Source of the DNA: Nitrospirota bacterium
Lineage (GTDB): Bacteria > Nitrospirota > UBA9217
NCBI GenBank assembly: GCA_963845065.1
Contig: CAWJQQ010000009.1
Coordinates: forward strand, 992,001-1,056,000
Direction: 5' to 3'
DNA: 64,000 nucleotides
The translations under genes and the position numbers were made by a program. The notes under the pieces were generated by a model that worked only from the letters and a program-made list of their open reading frames with translations, was not told where the DNA came from and did no database searches. Positions 10,740-21,476 of the stretch are shown in pieces (position 1 is the first letter of the stretch; every line of letters starts with the position of its first letter).

Positions 10740-12845
10740 ATGAAAATAGGCATTGTCGGCTGCGGCCTGAATTCTGACTACCACATAAACTTCTCACGGT
10801 CCTATCCTGGAGCTGAGATCGTTGGCGTCGTGGATAAGGATGCACAGAAGGCAAATGAATGTGCACAAAAGTACGGCATCCCTGCGGTATTTGGAAGCAT
10901 CAAGGACCTCGTCCTGAAGGTAAAACCGGATGTTATTCACATCGTTACCCCGCCAAAGACCCACGCTGCCTTGGCCAAAGAGGCGATTACGATGAAATGC
11001 CATGTCCTGGTTGAAAAGCCCTTGGCGCTAAATCTTTCCGAGGCAAAGGAGTTGTATGATCTGGCGGAACAATACGGTGTCAAACTTTGTACTATGCACA
11101 ATCACTTCTTTGATCCCTGTTTCTCCAGTGTCGATGAACACGTAAAAAAAGGCGACTTCGGCAAGATCATGAACGTTGAGAGTTATTATGGTCTGAATAC
11201 GCAAATTCCAGCATTCAGGGAATATCCTGCGCCGAATGTTCTTCCCTGGCTTTATACCATGCCAGGAGGTGTCTACCATGATTTCATGGCGCACCCGCTG
11301 TATGTGATGCTGGACTACACGGGAAAACCGAAAGAGATCAAAGTGATGCACAGGACATGCGGCACGCTTCCCCATTGCATTCCAGACGAACTAAGGATTC
11401 TTATAAACGGAGAAAAAGCTTTCGGTATGCTTACGTTTTCGTTCGCGGCAAAACCGCATCTTCATTTTGTCAGGATCTATGGCACAAGAATGATGGCAGA
11501 AGTGGACTTTAATACAATGGTAAATGTAATACATCCACTTAGCTCTCTTCCCAAGGCGGCCCAAAAGGCAACGTACAACCTGGCTGAGAGCTGGCAACTT
11601 TTCAAATCAACGACGGCCAATGTCATTAACTTTGTGCGCGGCAAGCTGAAACCCTATCAGGGGATGCAGATTCTCATACATCGGTATTATGATTTCCTCC
11701 AGGGAAAAGGTGAAATACCCGTAACCCGGGAGCAGGCTCTTCTGGTTTTAGAGACAATGGATGAGATCTGGAGACAAATACCTCCCAAACAGTTTGACTT
11801 CTCACCCATTGCTCCTGCTAGGCCCTATGCACTGAATCATAAGGGAAAGGTCCTGCTGACAGGCGGAACGGGCTTTTTGGGAAGTCAGTTAATCCAACGA
11901 CTGATTGCAGAAGGCTATCCCGTGCGGGTTTTGGCGAGAAAATTGTCGAAAATTGACCACCTGAGTAAGTTCGGAGTTGAAATCTATTTCGGTGACGTGG
12001 CGGACATAGAGTCGTTGTCAGCGGCATTTGCTGGCATCAATCTGGTCATCCATGCGGCCGCTGATACGGCTGGTAACGCGAAGGCAGGGGAATTGAGCAC
12101 TATCCAGGGCACGAAAAATATCCTCGATCTTTGCCGGCAATTCTCGGTGAAAAAACTCGTTTATATCAGCTCCTGCAGCGTCTACGGCGTTGCCGATTAC
12201 AAAAAAGGAGAGTTGGTGACCGAAAACTCATCTCTTGAGCGTTTCCCGGAACTCAGGGGACATTATTCTTTGGCAAAACTCAAAGCCGAACAGCTCATTA
12301 CCGAGGCCATGGCCAATGGACAGCTGCCAATCGTCTGTCTCCGGCCTGGTACGTATTTCGGCCCCGGAGGTGATATTTTTACGCCTATGATGGGCCTTTC
12401 CGCAGGTAGTAAAATGTTTGCAATTATCGGAAGGGGTGATTTCGTTCTGCCGCTCGTGAGCACCGACAACCTTGTGGATGCAATCATTGCAGTCATGCAG
12501 AAGAACGAGGGTAACGGGAGAATTTATAATGTTGTAGATAGCGATCTTCCGACCAAGAAGCAGTATGTCGAGTCGTTCCTAAAAAAACTCTATCCCAAGG
12601 CAAAATACCTCTACATACCATACACCGTGTTTTACGGGATTGTCTATCTTCAGGAAATCATGATAGGAATGCTGAAGAGGAACCCATTTCTGACACGGTA
12701 CCGCCTTGTGTCATCACAAAAGAAGATATCTTACGATTCCTCTAGAATCCGGAACGAGCTGAAATGGACGCCGCCCTCCACCATGCAGGAAACCTATGAA
12801 AAAGTCATTGCCTATGAGTGGAACAAGGCTGCAGTCCGGAATTGA
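10740..12845 (+). CDS. Fusion: Gfo/Idh/MocA oxidoreductase + NAD-dependent epimerase/dehydratase
   Basis: N-terminal GIVGCG and VEKP; C-terminal LTGGTGFLG, ISSCSVYG and YSLAK (YxxxK). Confidence 0.85.
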   Translation: MKIGIVGCGLNSDYHINFSRSYPGAEIVGVVDKDAQKANECAQKYGIPAVFGSIKDLVLKVKPDVIHIVTPPKTHAALAKEAITMKCHVLVEKPLALNLSEAKELYDLAEQYGVKLCTMHNHFFDPCFSSVDEHVKKGDFGKIMNVESYYGLNTQIPAFREYPAPNVLPWLYTMPGGVYHDFMAHPLYVMLDYTGKPKEIKVMHRTCGTLPHCIPDELRILINGEKAFGMLTFSFAAKPHLHFVRIYGTRMMAEVDFNTMVNVIHPLSSLPKAAQKATYNLAESWQLFKSTTANVINFVRGKLKPYQGMQILIHRYYDFLQGKGEIPVTREQALLVLETMDEIWRQIPPKQFDFSPIAPARPYALNHKGKVLLTGGTGFLGSQLIQRLIAEGYPVRVLARKLSKIDHLSKFGVEIYFGDVADIESLSAAFAGINLVIHAAADTAGNAKAGELSTIQGTKNILDLCRQFSVKKLVYISSCSVYGVADYKKGELVTENSSLERFPELRGHYSLAKLKAEQLITEAMANGQLPIVCLRPGTYFGPGGDIFTPMMGLSAGSKMFAIIGRGDFVLPLVSTDNLVDAIIAVMQKNEGNGRIYNVVDSDLPTKKQYVESFLKKLYPKAKYLYIPYTVFYGIVYLQEIMIGMLKRNPFLTRYRLVSSQKKISYDSSRIRNELKWTPPSTMQETYEKVIAYEWNKAAVRN

Positions 12846-12854
12846 GACAACCCT

Positions 12855-14849
12855 ATGTGCGGAATATTCGGTGTAGCATCTGATAATGTGAAAGATTTTC
12901 CTCTGGAGCAGGTAACGAACACGCTGTTTCACCGGGGGCCTGACGAGGGGGGAACCTATCGCGACGACCATGTCGCTTTGGGACACCGGAGGCTTAGCAT
13001 TATCGACCTATCGTCGGGACAGCAGCCCATGTTCAACGAAGACCGATCGCAGTGTGTCGTCTTTAACGGGGAGATTTATAATTTTATGGAGCTCCGGGAC
13101 GAATTGATCGGGAAAGGGCATGTATTCACGACTAAAAGCGACACCGAAACCATTCTCCATGCCTATGAAGAATGGGGCGAACGCAGCGTTGAGCGTTACC
13201 GCGGCATGTTTGCTTTTGCCGTCTGGGACAGCAAACGAAAAAAACTGTTTCTTGCACGGGATCGGTTCGGTATAAAGCCGCTCTTTTATGCGGTCCGAAA
13301 TGGACGGCTGTTTTTTGCCTCCGAAATGAAGGCAATTCTTGCAAGTGGGGAGATCGACAGGGACATGGATGAAGAAGCGGTTGCCTGTTATTTCACGCTC
13401 TCCTACATCCCGGCTCCCCTCACGATTTTTAAGGATATTCGTAAGCTGCTACCGGGTCACACCTTGACCTGGCAGAACGGCAGGTTTTTGATACGTAAAT
13501 ACTGGGACCTTTCCGTTGTCCCGGACAGAGGCAAGACGGAAAAGGAATTCATCAGCGGATTCATGGACCTCTTCCAGGATTCGGTGCAGGGCCACCTGAT
13601 CAGTGACGTCCCCTTGGGCGCTTTTTTGAGCGGCGGGATAGACTCAAGTGCCGTAGTTGCCATGATGAGTGCAGCTAGCAAGGCCCGAGTGAATACGTTT
13701 TCGATCGGGTTCGGCGGGGACACCGGCGGCTATCTGGATGAACGATGTTATGCCAGAATGGTCGCAAAACGGTACGAGACCAACCATCACGAGTATGAAG
13801 TACTGCCGGAACCGCAGGGCATCGTTGAAAAGATCGTTAGGTCCTTTGATGAGCCATTTGCGGATGATTCCGCCATACCCTCCTATTATGTCTGCAAGAT
13901 AGCGCGGGAAAACGTTAAGGTTGCCCTGTCCGGTCTGGGTGGCGACGAGGCCTTTGGAGGGTACGAACGTTATCTCGGGTTCAGGCTGCGCGGTTTGTAC
14001 AATCGGATACCAGGCTTCGTACGCAGGAACCTCATCCAACATTTCGTCGAAGGACTGGCTGAGAGGCCTGACGGCCACTACACGATAAACCACATGAAAC
14101 GGTTTGTCCGCTCGAGCGCTTCGTCCGCAGACGCAGCTTACTTCGGCTACATTTCTCGTTGGAATCCAACATTGCAGGGGTCCTTGTTCTCCGATGCCGG
14201 ACGGTTTCAGAAACACCATGAGTCTTGCAAGGAACTCATGCTCGGCTATTTCAACTCCCCTCAGGTGCAGGACGCCCCAGACTCGTTAAACAGGGTCATA
14301 TACTGCGACATTAAGACCTATCTTCCCGATGATATCCTTACAGTTACCGACAGGATGAGCATGTACCATGCCCTGGAGGTGAGGGTGCCCTTCGTGGACC
14401 ATAAAGTGCTCGAATTCTGCTCCACGATTCCTCCTGAAATGAAATTGAAATGGTTCAGGAAGAAATACCTTCTTAAGAAAGCTGTGGCACCGCTTTTGCC
14501 AAAAGAGGTCATCGATCACCGAAAACAGGGTTTCGTTGGGCCTATGACGCGCTGGCTTCAGACAGACTTGAAACAGTACGTGCTGGATACGCTCAACGAG
14601 AGGAACCTGAACAAACACGGCCTCCTGAATGCCTTGACCGTGAAAAGAATAACGGACGAACATTTCAGCGGGAAGGAAATTCATGACACGCTTATCTGGT
14701 CCCTCGTCATTTTCCAGAAGTGGTTCGATGAATATGCCGGGAGACCGGAGCTTCCGGAAGTGCACAGGCCGTCTGGACAACATGATGAACAAAAAACAGC
14801 AGTGAGCGGCATGGAGGACGTCTCATCGTCAAGGACCACCGTCGTATGA
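12855..14849 (+). CDS. asnB: Asparagine synthase (glutamine-hydrolysing)-like amidotransferase
   Basis: MCGI N-terminus, HRGPD, RDRFGIKPL, LSGGIDSS and SGLGGDE. Confidence 0.95.
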   Translation: MCGIFGVASDNVKDFPLEQVTNTLFHRGPDEGGTYRDDHVALGHRRLSIIDLSSGQQPMFNEDRSQCVVFNGEIYNFMELRDELIGKGHVFTTKSDTETILHAYEEWGERSVERYRGMFAFAVWDSKRKKLFLARDRFGIKPLFYAVRNGRLFFASEMKAILASGEIDRDMDEEAVACYFTLSYIPAPLTIFKDIRKLLPGHTLTWQNGRFLIRKYWDLSVVPDRGKTEKEFISGFMDLFQDSVQGHLISDVPLGAFLSGGIDSSAVVAMMSAASKARVNTFSIGFGGDTGGYLDERCYARMVAKRYETNHHEYEVLPEPQGIVEKIVRSFDEPFADDSAIPSYYVCKIARENVKVALSGLGGDEAFGGYERYLGFRLRGLYNRIPGFVRRNLIQHFVEGLAERPDGHYTINHMKRFVRSSASSADAAYFGYISRWNPTLQGSLFSDAGRFQKHHESCKELMLGYFNSPQVQDAPDSLNRVIYCDIKTYLPDDILTVTDRMSMYHALEVRVPFVDHKVLEFCSTIPPEMKLKWFRKKYLLKKAVAPLLPKEVIDHRKQGFVGPMTRWLQTDLKQYVLDTLNERNLNKHGLLNALTVKRITDEHFSGKEIHDTLIWSLVIFQKWFDEYAGRPELPEVHRPSGQHDEQKTAVSGMEDVSSSRTTVV

Positions 14850-16342
14850 GCGAAGATGTCGGGAAAAAGACCCGTTCGAGCATGTACTGGAATCTTTCGT
14901 TTCGGATTCCTTATGAAGCATTTCGTTTCGGTGTCTCTATTATCGTTGCGAGATTGTTGGACCCCAAAGACTTTGGGATCGTGTCGATAGCAACGATGAT
15001 TATATTCTATTCCAATACGCTGACCAATTTAGGCTTCAAGAGCGCGCTCGTGCAACGCAAAGAAATCACGAACGAGCACATCAGCTCGGTCTTCACTGCG
15101 GACCTGACGATTTCTTTTTTCATGGCTTGTCTGTTCTATTTTCTGGCGCCTGCAATAGCCGCCTTCTTTCATTCGCCCGAGAGTATTCCGGTTATACGGG
15201 TAATGTCGCTTACCTTCGTGATAACTACTTTTTACGACCTGCCGTATACTCTTTTTCGAAGAGACCTTAACTTCAAGGTCATTACCCTCGTCGATACCAT
15301 CAAAGAAACGTTCATGTCCACCATTACGGTGGTACTTGCCTACCTTGGTTTTAAATACTGGTCGATCGTATGGGGGCAATTGGTACCGCTTACGCTAGCC
15401 GCCATATATTTGATCGTAAAGGCCGAGCGTAAACCGTCGCTATCGTTCAGATACGGCGCATTAAAAGATCTATTCAATTACGGGGTCTGGAGTTTTGTCC
15501 GTTCGCAACTCTCCTTCTTCAGCAGCCGCCTGGACCGGTTGATCGTGGGGAGATATTTGGGCATGTCGGTACTCGGCATTTACGATAAATCAAAAAGCCT
15601 CAGCCAGATGCCGACTGAGAGCATTTCATCGAACATCAATAATGTTCTGTATTCATCATTCAGCCGCATCCAAGATAAAAAAGACGAAATCGTCAGTATG
15701 CTTAAAAAAAGCATAGTTCTCACGTCAGTCATCAATTTCCCCATTTTTGTCGGCTTGTATGCGATCGCGAACCATTTCGTTCCAGTCGTTCTGGGAGAAA
15801 AATGGAGTGCTATGATCATTCCTTTGCAAATCATGTGCATCAGTGGAATATTTGCTTCTTTTTCCGGCCTTTTACTGACCGCTGCGGTTAATATTGGCAA
15901 TTATAAAAAATATACGATCAGGCAGATGATAGCGACCGGTCTTCTTTTTATCCTCTGGCTCATAGTAGTAAGATGGGGGATCGTTGCGGTTGCTCTGGGT
16001 GCGGTGATATTCTCCCTTGTAACTTTTTTCATAGGCATAGGCATCGTCCGGGAAAAAATTCCCCTTTCCTGGATGGAATTTGCACGCTGTGTCGTCCCGG
16101 CTCTCATTGGATGCGCTGCCATGCTGATATGCGTGAAATCTATCTACATGCTGTTCATCACTCGATATACATTGATAAATCTCATCGCAATCGTTTCCGC
16201 TGGAGCTTTGACATATGTGGTCGTCATGTTGAAGATTCCCGGTAGCGCGCTCGAAAACCTGCGGTCATCACTCAAACGCGATTTGAACGTAGTGTGGGTA
16301 AAATTCAAGAATGCATGTACGTCCTCGTTGTCTTCAAGTTAA
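14846..16342 (+). CDS. Wzx-type polysaccharide flippase (MOP family)
   Basis: ARLLDPKDFG motif and many TM segments; WzxC-like. Confidence 0.85.
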   Translation: MSEDVGKKTRSSMYWNLSFRIPYEAFRFGVSIIVARLLDPKDFGIVSIATMIIFYSNTLTNLGFKSALVQRKEITNEHISSVFTADLTISFFMACLFYFLAPAIAAFFHSPESIPVIRVMSLTFVITTFYDLPYTLFRRDLNFKVITLVDTIKETFMSTITVVLAYLGFKYWSIVWGQLVPLTLAAIYLIVKAERKPSLSFRYGALKDLFNYGVWSFVRSQLSFFSSRLDRLIVGRYLGMSVLGIYDKSKSLSQMPTESISSNINNVLYSSFSRIQDKKDEIVSMLKKSIVLTSVINFPIFVGLYAIANHFVPVVLGEKWSAMIIPLQIMCISGIFASFSGLLLTAAVNIGNYKKYTIRQMIATGLLFILWLIVVRWGIVAVALGAVIFSLVTFFIGIGIVREKIPLSWMEFARCVVPALIGCAAMLICVKSIYMLFITRYTLINLIAIVSAGALTYVVVMLKIPGSALENLRSSLKRDLNVVWVKFKNACTSSLSSS

Positions 16343-16355
16343 GGGTGCCGTTGCT

Positions 16356-17531
16356 ATGAAAAAAATATTGTTTATTGAATCAAACAGAGACGGAACAGTC
16401 GGAGGCTCCTATTATAGCCTGTTGTACTTAATGCAGGGGCTGAATAAATCTAAATATGAACTGCACATTATATTCTGTCAAGATAACATGCTGGTCCCTC
16501 AATTTAGAAAAGTGACCCCCCATGTCTATATCAATAATTTCGGTCCTTCGCAAAGTATCCCTGTAAAAACAGCCGGAGACGTTATAAAATGGCCCTATCG
16601 TGTTCTGGACAAGCTGCTTCTGAAGCAAATTAAACTGAAAAGGATCATCAAAGAGATAAAACCTGATCTTGTCCATTTGAACAATGGCTACGCATGCATG
16701 CACGAATGGATGCTGGCATGCTATTTATCCGGTATAAAAGTGCTGGCGCATGACCGAGGGACCGAATATCCATGTAACATGCAGACGAAGTTATTCGTTC
16801 GCTTGCTTGACGTGATTATGTGCGTAAGCGACAGCTTTAAAGCTAATGTAGAGCGGCAGAACCTGAAGCCGAAAAGAATAAGAAGAGTCTATGACGGGAT
16901 CAGGGTCGATTCATTTCAGGACACCGACCCGTCAAAAGGTGATAATGTTAAGAGAGAGTTTGGCATTGCAGATGGGCAATTCGCGGTCGGCATAGTCGGC
17001 AACATCATACGGTGGAAGGGTCAGTTAGTTGTTTTACAGGCCATTAAACAGGTAAAAAAAATAATTCCCGGTATTAAGTGCCTGATTATCGGGAAAGTGG
17101 CCCAGCGCTCAGAAGATTATAAAAAAGAACTTGATGATTATGTCCGGAACAATGATCTGGGAAAAAACATTATTTTCACGGGCTTTAGAACGGATATCCC
17201 GGCCATCCTGAGTGCTTTAAATATTTTAATCCATGCTTCCGTCGACCCAGAACCGTTTGGCTTGGTAGTCTTGGAAGGGATGGCGATGCGTAAGCCAGTA
17301 ATCGCGACTAATCTGGGAGGTCCTGCTGAAATTGTCCTTCAGGATGAAACCGGAGTGCTGGTCCCTGCGAACGACCCGGAGAGTATGGCAGACGCAATCG
17401 TTTCCTGCTTGTCGAACAGAGACAAGGCACGTAAAATGGGTGAGCGAGGGCGCCAGCGGTTCATCGAAATGTTCAGCAGTGATAAAATGGTAGTGGAAAC
17501 TGAGAAAGTTTACGAAGAGGTATTTCAGTAA
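16356..17531 (+). CDS. Glycosyltransferase family 4
   Basis: WKGQ and EPFGLVVLEGMA..PVIAT; start taken at MKKILF. Confidence 0.9.
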   Translation: MKKILFIESNRDGTVGGSYYSLLYLMQGLNKSKYELHIIFCQDNMLVPQFRKVTPHVYINNFGPSQSIPVKTAGDVIKWPYRVLDKLLLKQIKLKRIIKEIKPDLVHLNNGYACMHEWMLACYLSGIKVLAHDRGTEYPCNMQTKLFVRLLDVIMCVSDSFKANVERQNLKPKRIRRVYDGIRVDSFQDTDPSKGDNVKREFGIADGQFAVGIVGNIIRWKGQLVVLQAIKQVKKIIPGIKCLIIGKVAQRSEDYKKELDDYVRNNDLGKNIIFTGFRTDIPAILSALNILIHASVDPEPFGLVVLEGMAMRKPVIATNLGGPAEIVLQDETGVLVPANDPESMADAIVSCLSNRDKARKMGERGRQRFIEMFSSDKMVVETEKVYEEVFQ

Positions 17532-17668
17532 AGAGCGTCCTTGTAGTCATACTCCATATAGTTCCGATCGGAAAGCTTTAATTGAGCATGGATTATAGTA
17601 GTTCATTACATAATTTAAATGGAACAATATTATTATCATGACTTTTTGGAATATGAAAGGGCAGGAAA

Positions 17669-19066
17669 ATGCACATCAAAACTGACCTGATAAGGAGACT
17701 TTTATGTATCGCAATTGTTGGAGGAGGTAGCGTTCTATTCTCATCGCTATCGCATGCGGGGACCTACTATGTTTCCCCCACTGGAAATGCGGCATGGTCC
17801 GCATGTACGAATATCAATAGCTCCTGCTCCTGGCAGACAGCTATGGCAAACGCCGTAGCGGGAGACATGGTTTACTTTCGCAGCGGCACCTATGACCCCG
17901 GGACAAGCTGTCCATCAGAATGGGATTTGGTAGGAATCACGCCGCAAAACTCAGGCACGGCGACAAATCCAATAACGTTTAAAGCGTATCCCGGCGAGAA
18001 TCCCGTCATCCTCAGCTGTGCTGATTCCATGCCTGCTTTCGGGGCAGTGAATGTGTCCTATATAGTTTGGGATGGATTTTCAGGCACGACGATCGATAAT
18101 CCTCCGACGACTGCTAATCCTGATGGAGGGGAGGTCTGGCTATTTTTATATTGGAACTCTCCAGGAAGCGTGGTCAAGAATTGTAAATTTACGGGGAACG
18201 CACGTACCGTCTATAAAAACGCTGCGCCTTTGAGAATTGAGCAATCCTCCAATAATGAAGTTACGAATAATTTTATCCAGGGGATGACCGGCAATTCGAA
18301 CGCCGTTAATACTGCAGCTATTTGGCTTTTTGATACAAAAGGAGCGCTGGTTCATAACAATACCATCTTTAACTGTATGAACGGAATCATGCAAAAAACA
18401 GGGCCAAATGTTAACAACGCAATATACAAAAACTTTATTTATTCAATTACAATTAGTGGGATCTCGCTTAACGAAGAAGCAGTTGGAGGGAGTGGTGATA
18501 TAATATACCAGAATGTGCTGGTCAATAATGCTTACATCGCCATAGATGTTTACCCTCAATCAGGGACCGGCGAATACCAAACTAATTATCAGATTTATAA
18601 TAACACGGTCTACGGAAGCGGGACCGGGATTGAAATTGGACCAAATGCACGGACAAATCAAATCTGGAACAATATCATTCAACTAGTATCAGCTTCTAAT
18701 CCCATCATGCGCTACTATACGGGCGCCTCCATGCCCTCCTACAGCGACTATAACGATTTCTTCAGTTCGCGTGGTGTATGGAATCTTAATTATGCAACGG
18801 ATTATTCTTCACTGGCAGCGTGGACAGCGGCTACAGGCTTCGACGCCGATTCTGTCACAACGGATCCGCAGTTCCTCATGGCCGGTGGAACGAACGCGGC
18901 AAATTACAAGCGAAAAACCTACCCGACAAACGGCAAAGGAGGAACAGTCATGGGGGCTTACATAACGGGAAATGAATCAATCGGCCGTATCCCCCCCCCC
19001 AATGAATTTACGGTGATCAATTGGCGTGGGACTGCAGGAGGTTGGGAGGTAGGGATGGAAGAGTGA
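17669..19066 (+). CDS. Secreted right-handed parallel beta-helix protein (pectin-lyase-like fold)
   Basis: Signal peptide ending SHA; YYVSP..GD.VYFR.GTY; Asn-rich parallel-helix repeats (HNNTI, YNNTVY, WNNII, SDYNDF). The 3' end depends on a C10 tract. Confidence 0.75.
   Translation: MHIKTDLIRRLLCIAIVGGGSVLFSSLSHAGTYYVSPTGNAAWSACTNINSSCSWQTAMANAVAGDMVYFRSGTYDPGTSCPSEWDLVGITPQNSGTATNPITFKAYPGENPVILSCADSMPAFGAVNVSYIVWDGFSGTTIDNPPTTANPDGGEVWLFLYWNSPGSVVKNCKFTGNARTVYKNAAPLRIEQSSNNEVTNNFIQGMTGNSNAVNTAAIWLFDTKGALVHNNTIFNCMNGIMQKTGPNVNNAIYKNFIYSITISGISLNEEAVGGSGDIIYQNVLVNNAYIAIDVYPQSGTGEYQTNYQIYNNTVYGSGTGIEIGPNARTNQIWNNIIQLVSASNPIMRYYTGASMPSYSDYNDFFSSRGVWNLNYATDYSSLAAWTAATGFDADSVTTDPQFLMAGGTNAANYKRKTYPTNGKGGTVMGAYITGNESIGRIPPPNEFTVINWRGTAGGWEVGMEE
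18991..19000 (+). repeat. C10 homopolymer inside the CDS 3' end
   Basis: cccccccccc read directly. Confidence 0.95.
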
Positions 19067-19068
19067 TC

Positions 19069-20043
19069 ATGAAAAAAAATACCATACTTTTATTTGTTAC
19101 AGTAGCTCTTCTGCTTTCCTCCAGAACCGGTTCAGCGGCAGTGCTGTTTCAAGAGATGTTTAATGATGCTCATTTCTCTCAACGGGGTTGGTATGATAAT
19201 ACAACGTTAAAGCTGTCGTCAAAAGAACACATTCCGGGGAGTACTAACTCAGTTGAGTTCCATTTTTTAAAGGGAGCTCGCACTCCTGAAATATCAGGAG
19301 ACGCAATACGAAAGAAATTTACGGAAACCGATGCACTTTTCATCAGTTACTATGTTAAGCATAGTTCCAACTGGATTGGCTCTGGTTTGCCCTACCATCC
19401 TCACGAGTTCTATCTTCTCACGAACATGGATGGTGGCGCTTGCGGAAATTATTGTGGCCTGTCTGTTGATCATCTGACAGTTTATATAGAAGAAAACGGC
19501 GCCAAACCGGTGATTGCGATACAAGACGTTCTAAATATCGATCAATCGAAGATAGGACAAGATTTAGCGAATGTTACAGAACAGCGCGCGGTAGCAGGTT
19601 GTAACGGCTACAGTCAGGCAGATGGCTCCGATCCCGAAGATTGTTATCGTGCGTCAGACGGCTACCGTAACGACAAGACATGGAGGACATCCAGCATGTA
19701 TTTTCAAGACGTCGCGGGGCAATACTATAAGGGTGATTGGCATCATGTAGAAGCATATGTCAAACTTAACAGCATTGTGAATGGAAAGGGCGTCGCAGAC
19801 GGATTGCTCCAGTACTGGCTAGACGGTATTTTGCTCATGAACCATAATAACGTGCTATTCCGCACAGGGCAGTTTCCAACCATGAAATTCAACCAGTTTG
19901 TCATTGCGCCGTACATCGGAGATGGCTCGCCTGTAGATCAGGCCCTGTGGATAGGTGACCTTGCCGTAGCGACGTCTCGGTCGACCGGCACTATGTCAAG
20001 CAATACCATACCGTCTCAGCCTAAAAATAGGCGCGTTCAATAG
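19069..20043 (+). CDS. Secreted beta-jelly-roll (polysaccharide lyase/LamG-like) protein
   Basis: Signal peptide; LFQEMF and WHHVEAYVKLN...DG..QYWLDG motifs; Ser/Thr linker then the tail IPSQPKNRRVQ. Confidence 0.55.
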   Translation: MKKNTILLFVTVALLLSSRTGSAAVLFQEMFNDAHFSQRGWYDNTTLKLSSKEHIPGSTNSVEFHFLKGARTPEISGDAIRKKFTETDALFISYYVKHSSNWIGSGLPYHPHEFYLLTNMDGGACGNYCGLSVDHLTVYIEENGAKPVIAIQDVLNIDQSKIGQDLANVTEQRAVAGCNGYSQADGSDPEDCYRASDGYRNDKTWRTSSMYFQDVAGQYYKGDWHHVEAYVKLNSIVNGKGVADGLLQYWLDGILLMNHNNVLFRTGQFPTMKFNQFVIAPYIGDGSPVDQALWIGDLAVATSRSTGTMSSNTIPSQPKNRRVQ

Positions 20044-20253
20044 TGGGCAGGCAACCTGCAACGGACTCATATTTTCGAGATACCCACCGAAACGAAAAGC
20101 CAAATAAGAGAGTATAGACCGTATTGCTAATCAAATTTAAAGGTGTGCCCCGGTTTTTCAGGGGGGCCCCAGTTTCAACTTGCTTTAGAGAATCTGTCGC
20201 CGTACGATAGAATTTTACGCGGAACAGGTCAAATAGTGAAGAGAAATTCCGTA

Positions 20254-21420
20254 ATGCCAAAAGTCGCTCATTTCATCGATAGTCATGACCCAGGCGGGGC
20301 AGAAACCCTTGTCGTCGAGATCTGCAGAAAGATCGAGGACCGCGGTTATAAGCCTGAAGTGTATCATTTCGGCAATCCATGGCTGGAGGGACAATGCCGG
20401 AAACACGGCATTCCGACGTCAATGGCCCCGGGGCATAGATGGTATAAGTCCGCAGGTACGCTTCCCTTGTTTATCCCAGTCTTTGCGAGATTCCTGAAGG
20501 AGCGGCGAGTCGATATTTTACATTCCCATCTATTCGGGCCCGTGACCGGAGCCTGCTTTGCTGCATATTTAGCGGGAATACCTCATATCGGAACGTTGCA
20601 CGATATTTATACAATCGAAGAGAAGAAGAGGCGGATCTGGTACATTCAACTCTCGTCATTATTGGGCACACGACTCGTCACAGTTTCACACCAAATGAAA
20701 ACGTATTTGACCAATTTGGGAAGATTCAATGACAGAGCCTTTCAGACCATAGTAAACGGTCTGGACCTCGACAAATTCAATCTATCATGCAGCAGAGAGC
20801 AGCACCCGGAACTTGGACTTGACCCCGAAGATATCGTGCTGATCTGCGTAGGAAGGCTTGAAAAAATCAAGGGACACGACATCCTTCTTAAGGCGTTCGG
20901 GCTATTGAAGCCGAGGAAGCACGTAAAGATGCTTATTGTCGGGGATGGGCCCTGCCGTCAGGAGATAGATCAGCAAATTATCGAGAACGGATTACTACAG
21001 AACGTCAGAATGCTCGGGCAGCGAAATGACATTCCCGAGCTTTTGAATCTAAGCGACTGTTTTGTGTTATCCTCCAGGTCGGAGGGCCTTTCTTGCAGCA
21101 TCATTGAAGCAATGGCAGCAGGACTTCCGGTGATTGCCACCGACGTAGGCGGGAACAGCGAACTCGTCGTGAACGGAGAAAATGGTTATCTTGTTCCGCC
21201 TGATCATGCCAGAATCTTATCCCTAAGACTGCAATCAGTCATAGACGATACAATACGAAGAATAAAATTCGGGGAAAAGTCGCTGCAGTTTGCCCGAATA
21301 CGGTATTCGCTTGATACGATGATTGGTAAGTACGCAGACAATTATGATTCTATGATGGAAAAGAGAAGCTATCCCCGACGCAGTGTGAAACAAAGATTAG
21401 GGAAAAATCAACTTTCCTAA
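20254..21420 (+). CDS. Glycosyltransferase family 4
   Basis: GGAE, VGRL..IKG and SEGLSCSIIEAMAAG. Confidence 0.9.
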   Translation: MPKVAHFIDSHDPGGAETLVVEICRKIEDRGYKPEVYHFGNPWLEGQCRKHGIPTSMAPGHRWYKSAGTLPLFIPVFARFLKERRVDILHSHLFGPVTGACFAAYLAGIPHIGTLHDIYTIEEKKRRIWYIQLSSLLGTRLVTVSHQMKTYLTNLGRFNDRAFQTIVNGLDLDKFNLSCSREQHPELGLDPEDIVLICVGRLEKIKGHDILLKAFGLLKPRKHVKMLIVGDGPCRQEIDQQIIENGLLQNVRMLGQRNDIPELLNLSDCFVLSSRSEGLSCSIIEAMAAGLPVIATDVGGNSELVVNGENGYLVPPDHARILSLRLQSVIDDTIRRIKFGEKSLQFARIRYSLDTMIGKYADNYDSMMEKRSYPRRSVKQRLGKNQLS

Positions 21421-21426
21421 GATTAA

Positions 21427-21476
21427 TTGACGTACCTCTCCCGCTAAAGCATGTGGGATTTTTAGCGTGGGGTTCC
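21427..21476 (-). repeat. ~50-bp IS200/IS605 right-end-like element (copy 1)
   Basis: Shares 18 identical nt (cccgctaaagcatgtggg) with the inverted copy at 31891-31940; ends GTCAA on the minus strand. Confidence 0.7.

Noticed and set aside
17669..20043. PEP-CTERM sorting signal on the secreted proteins
   Set aside because: No PEP motif followed by a TM helix and basic residues at either C-terminus.
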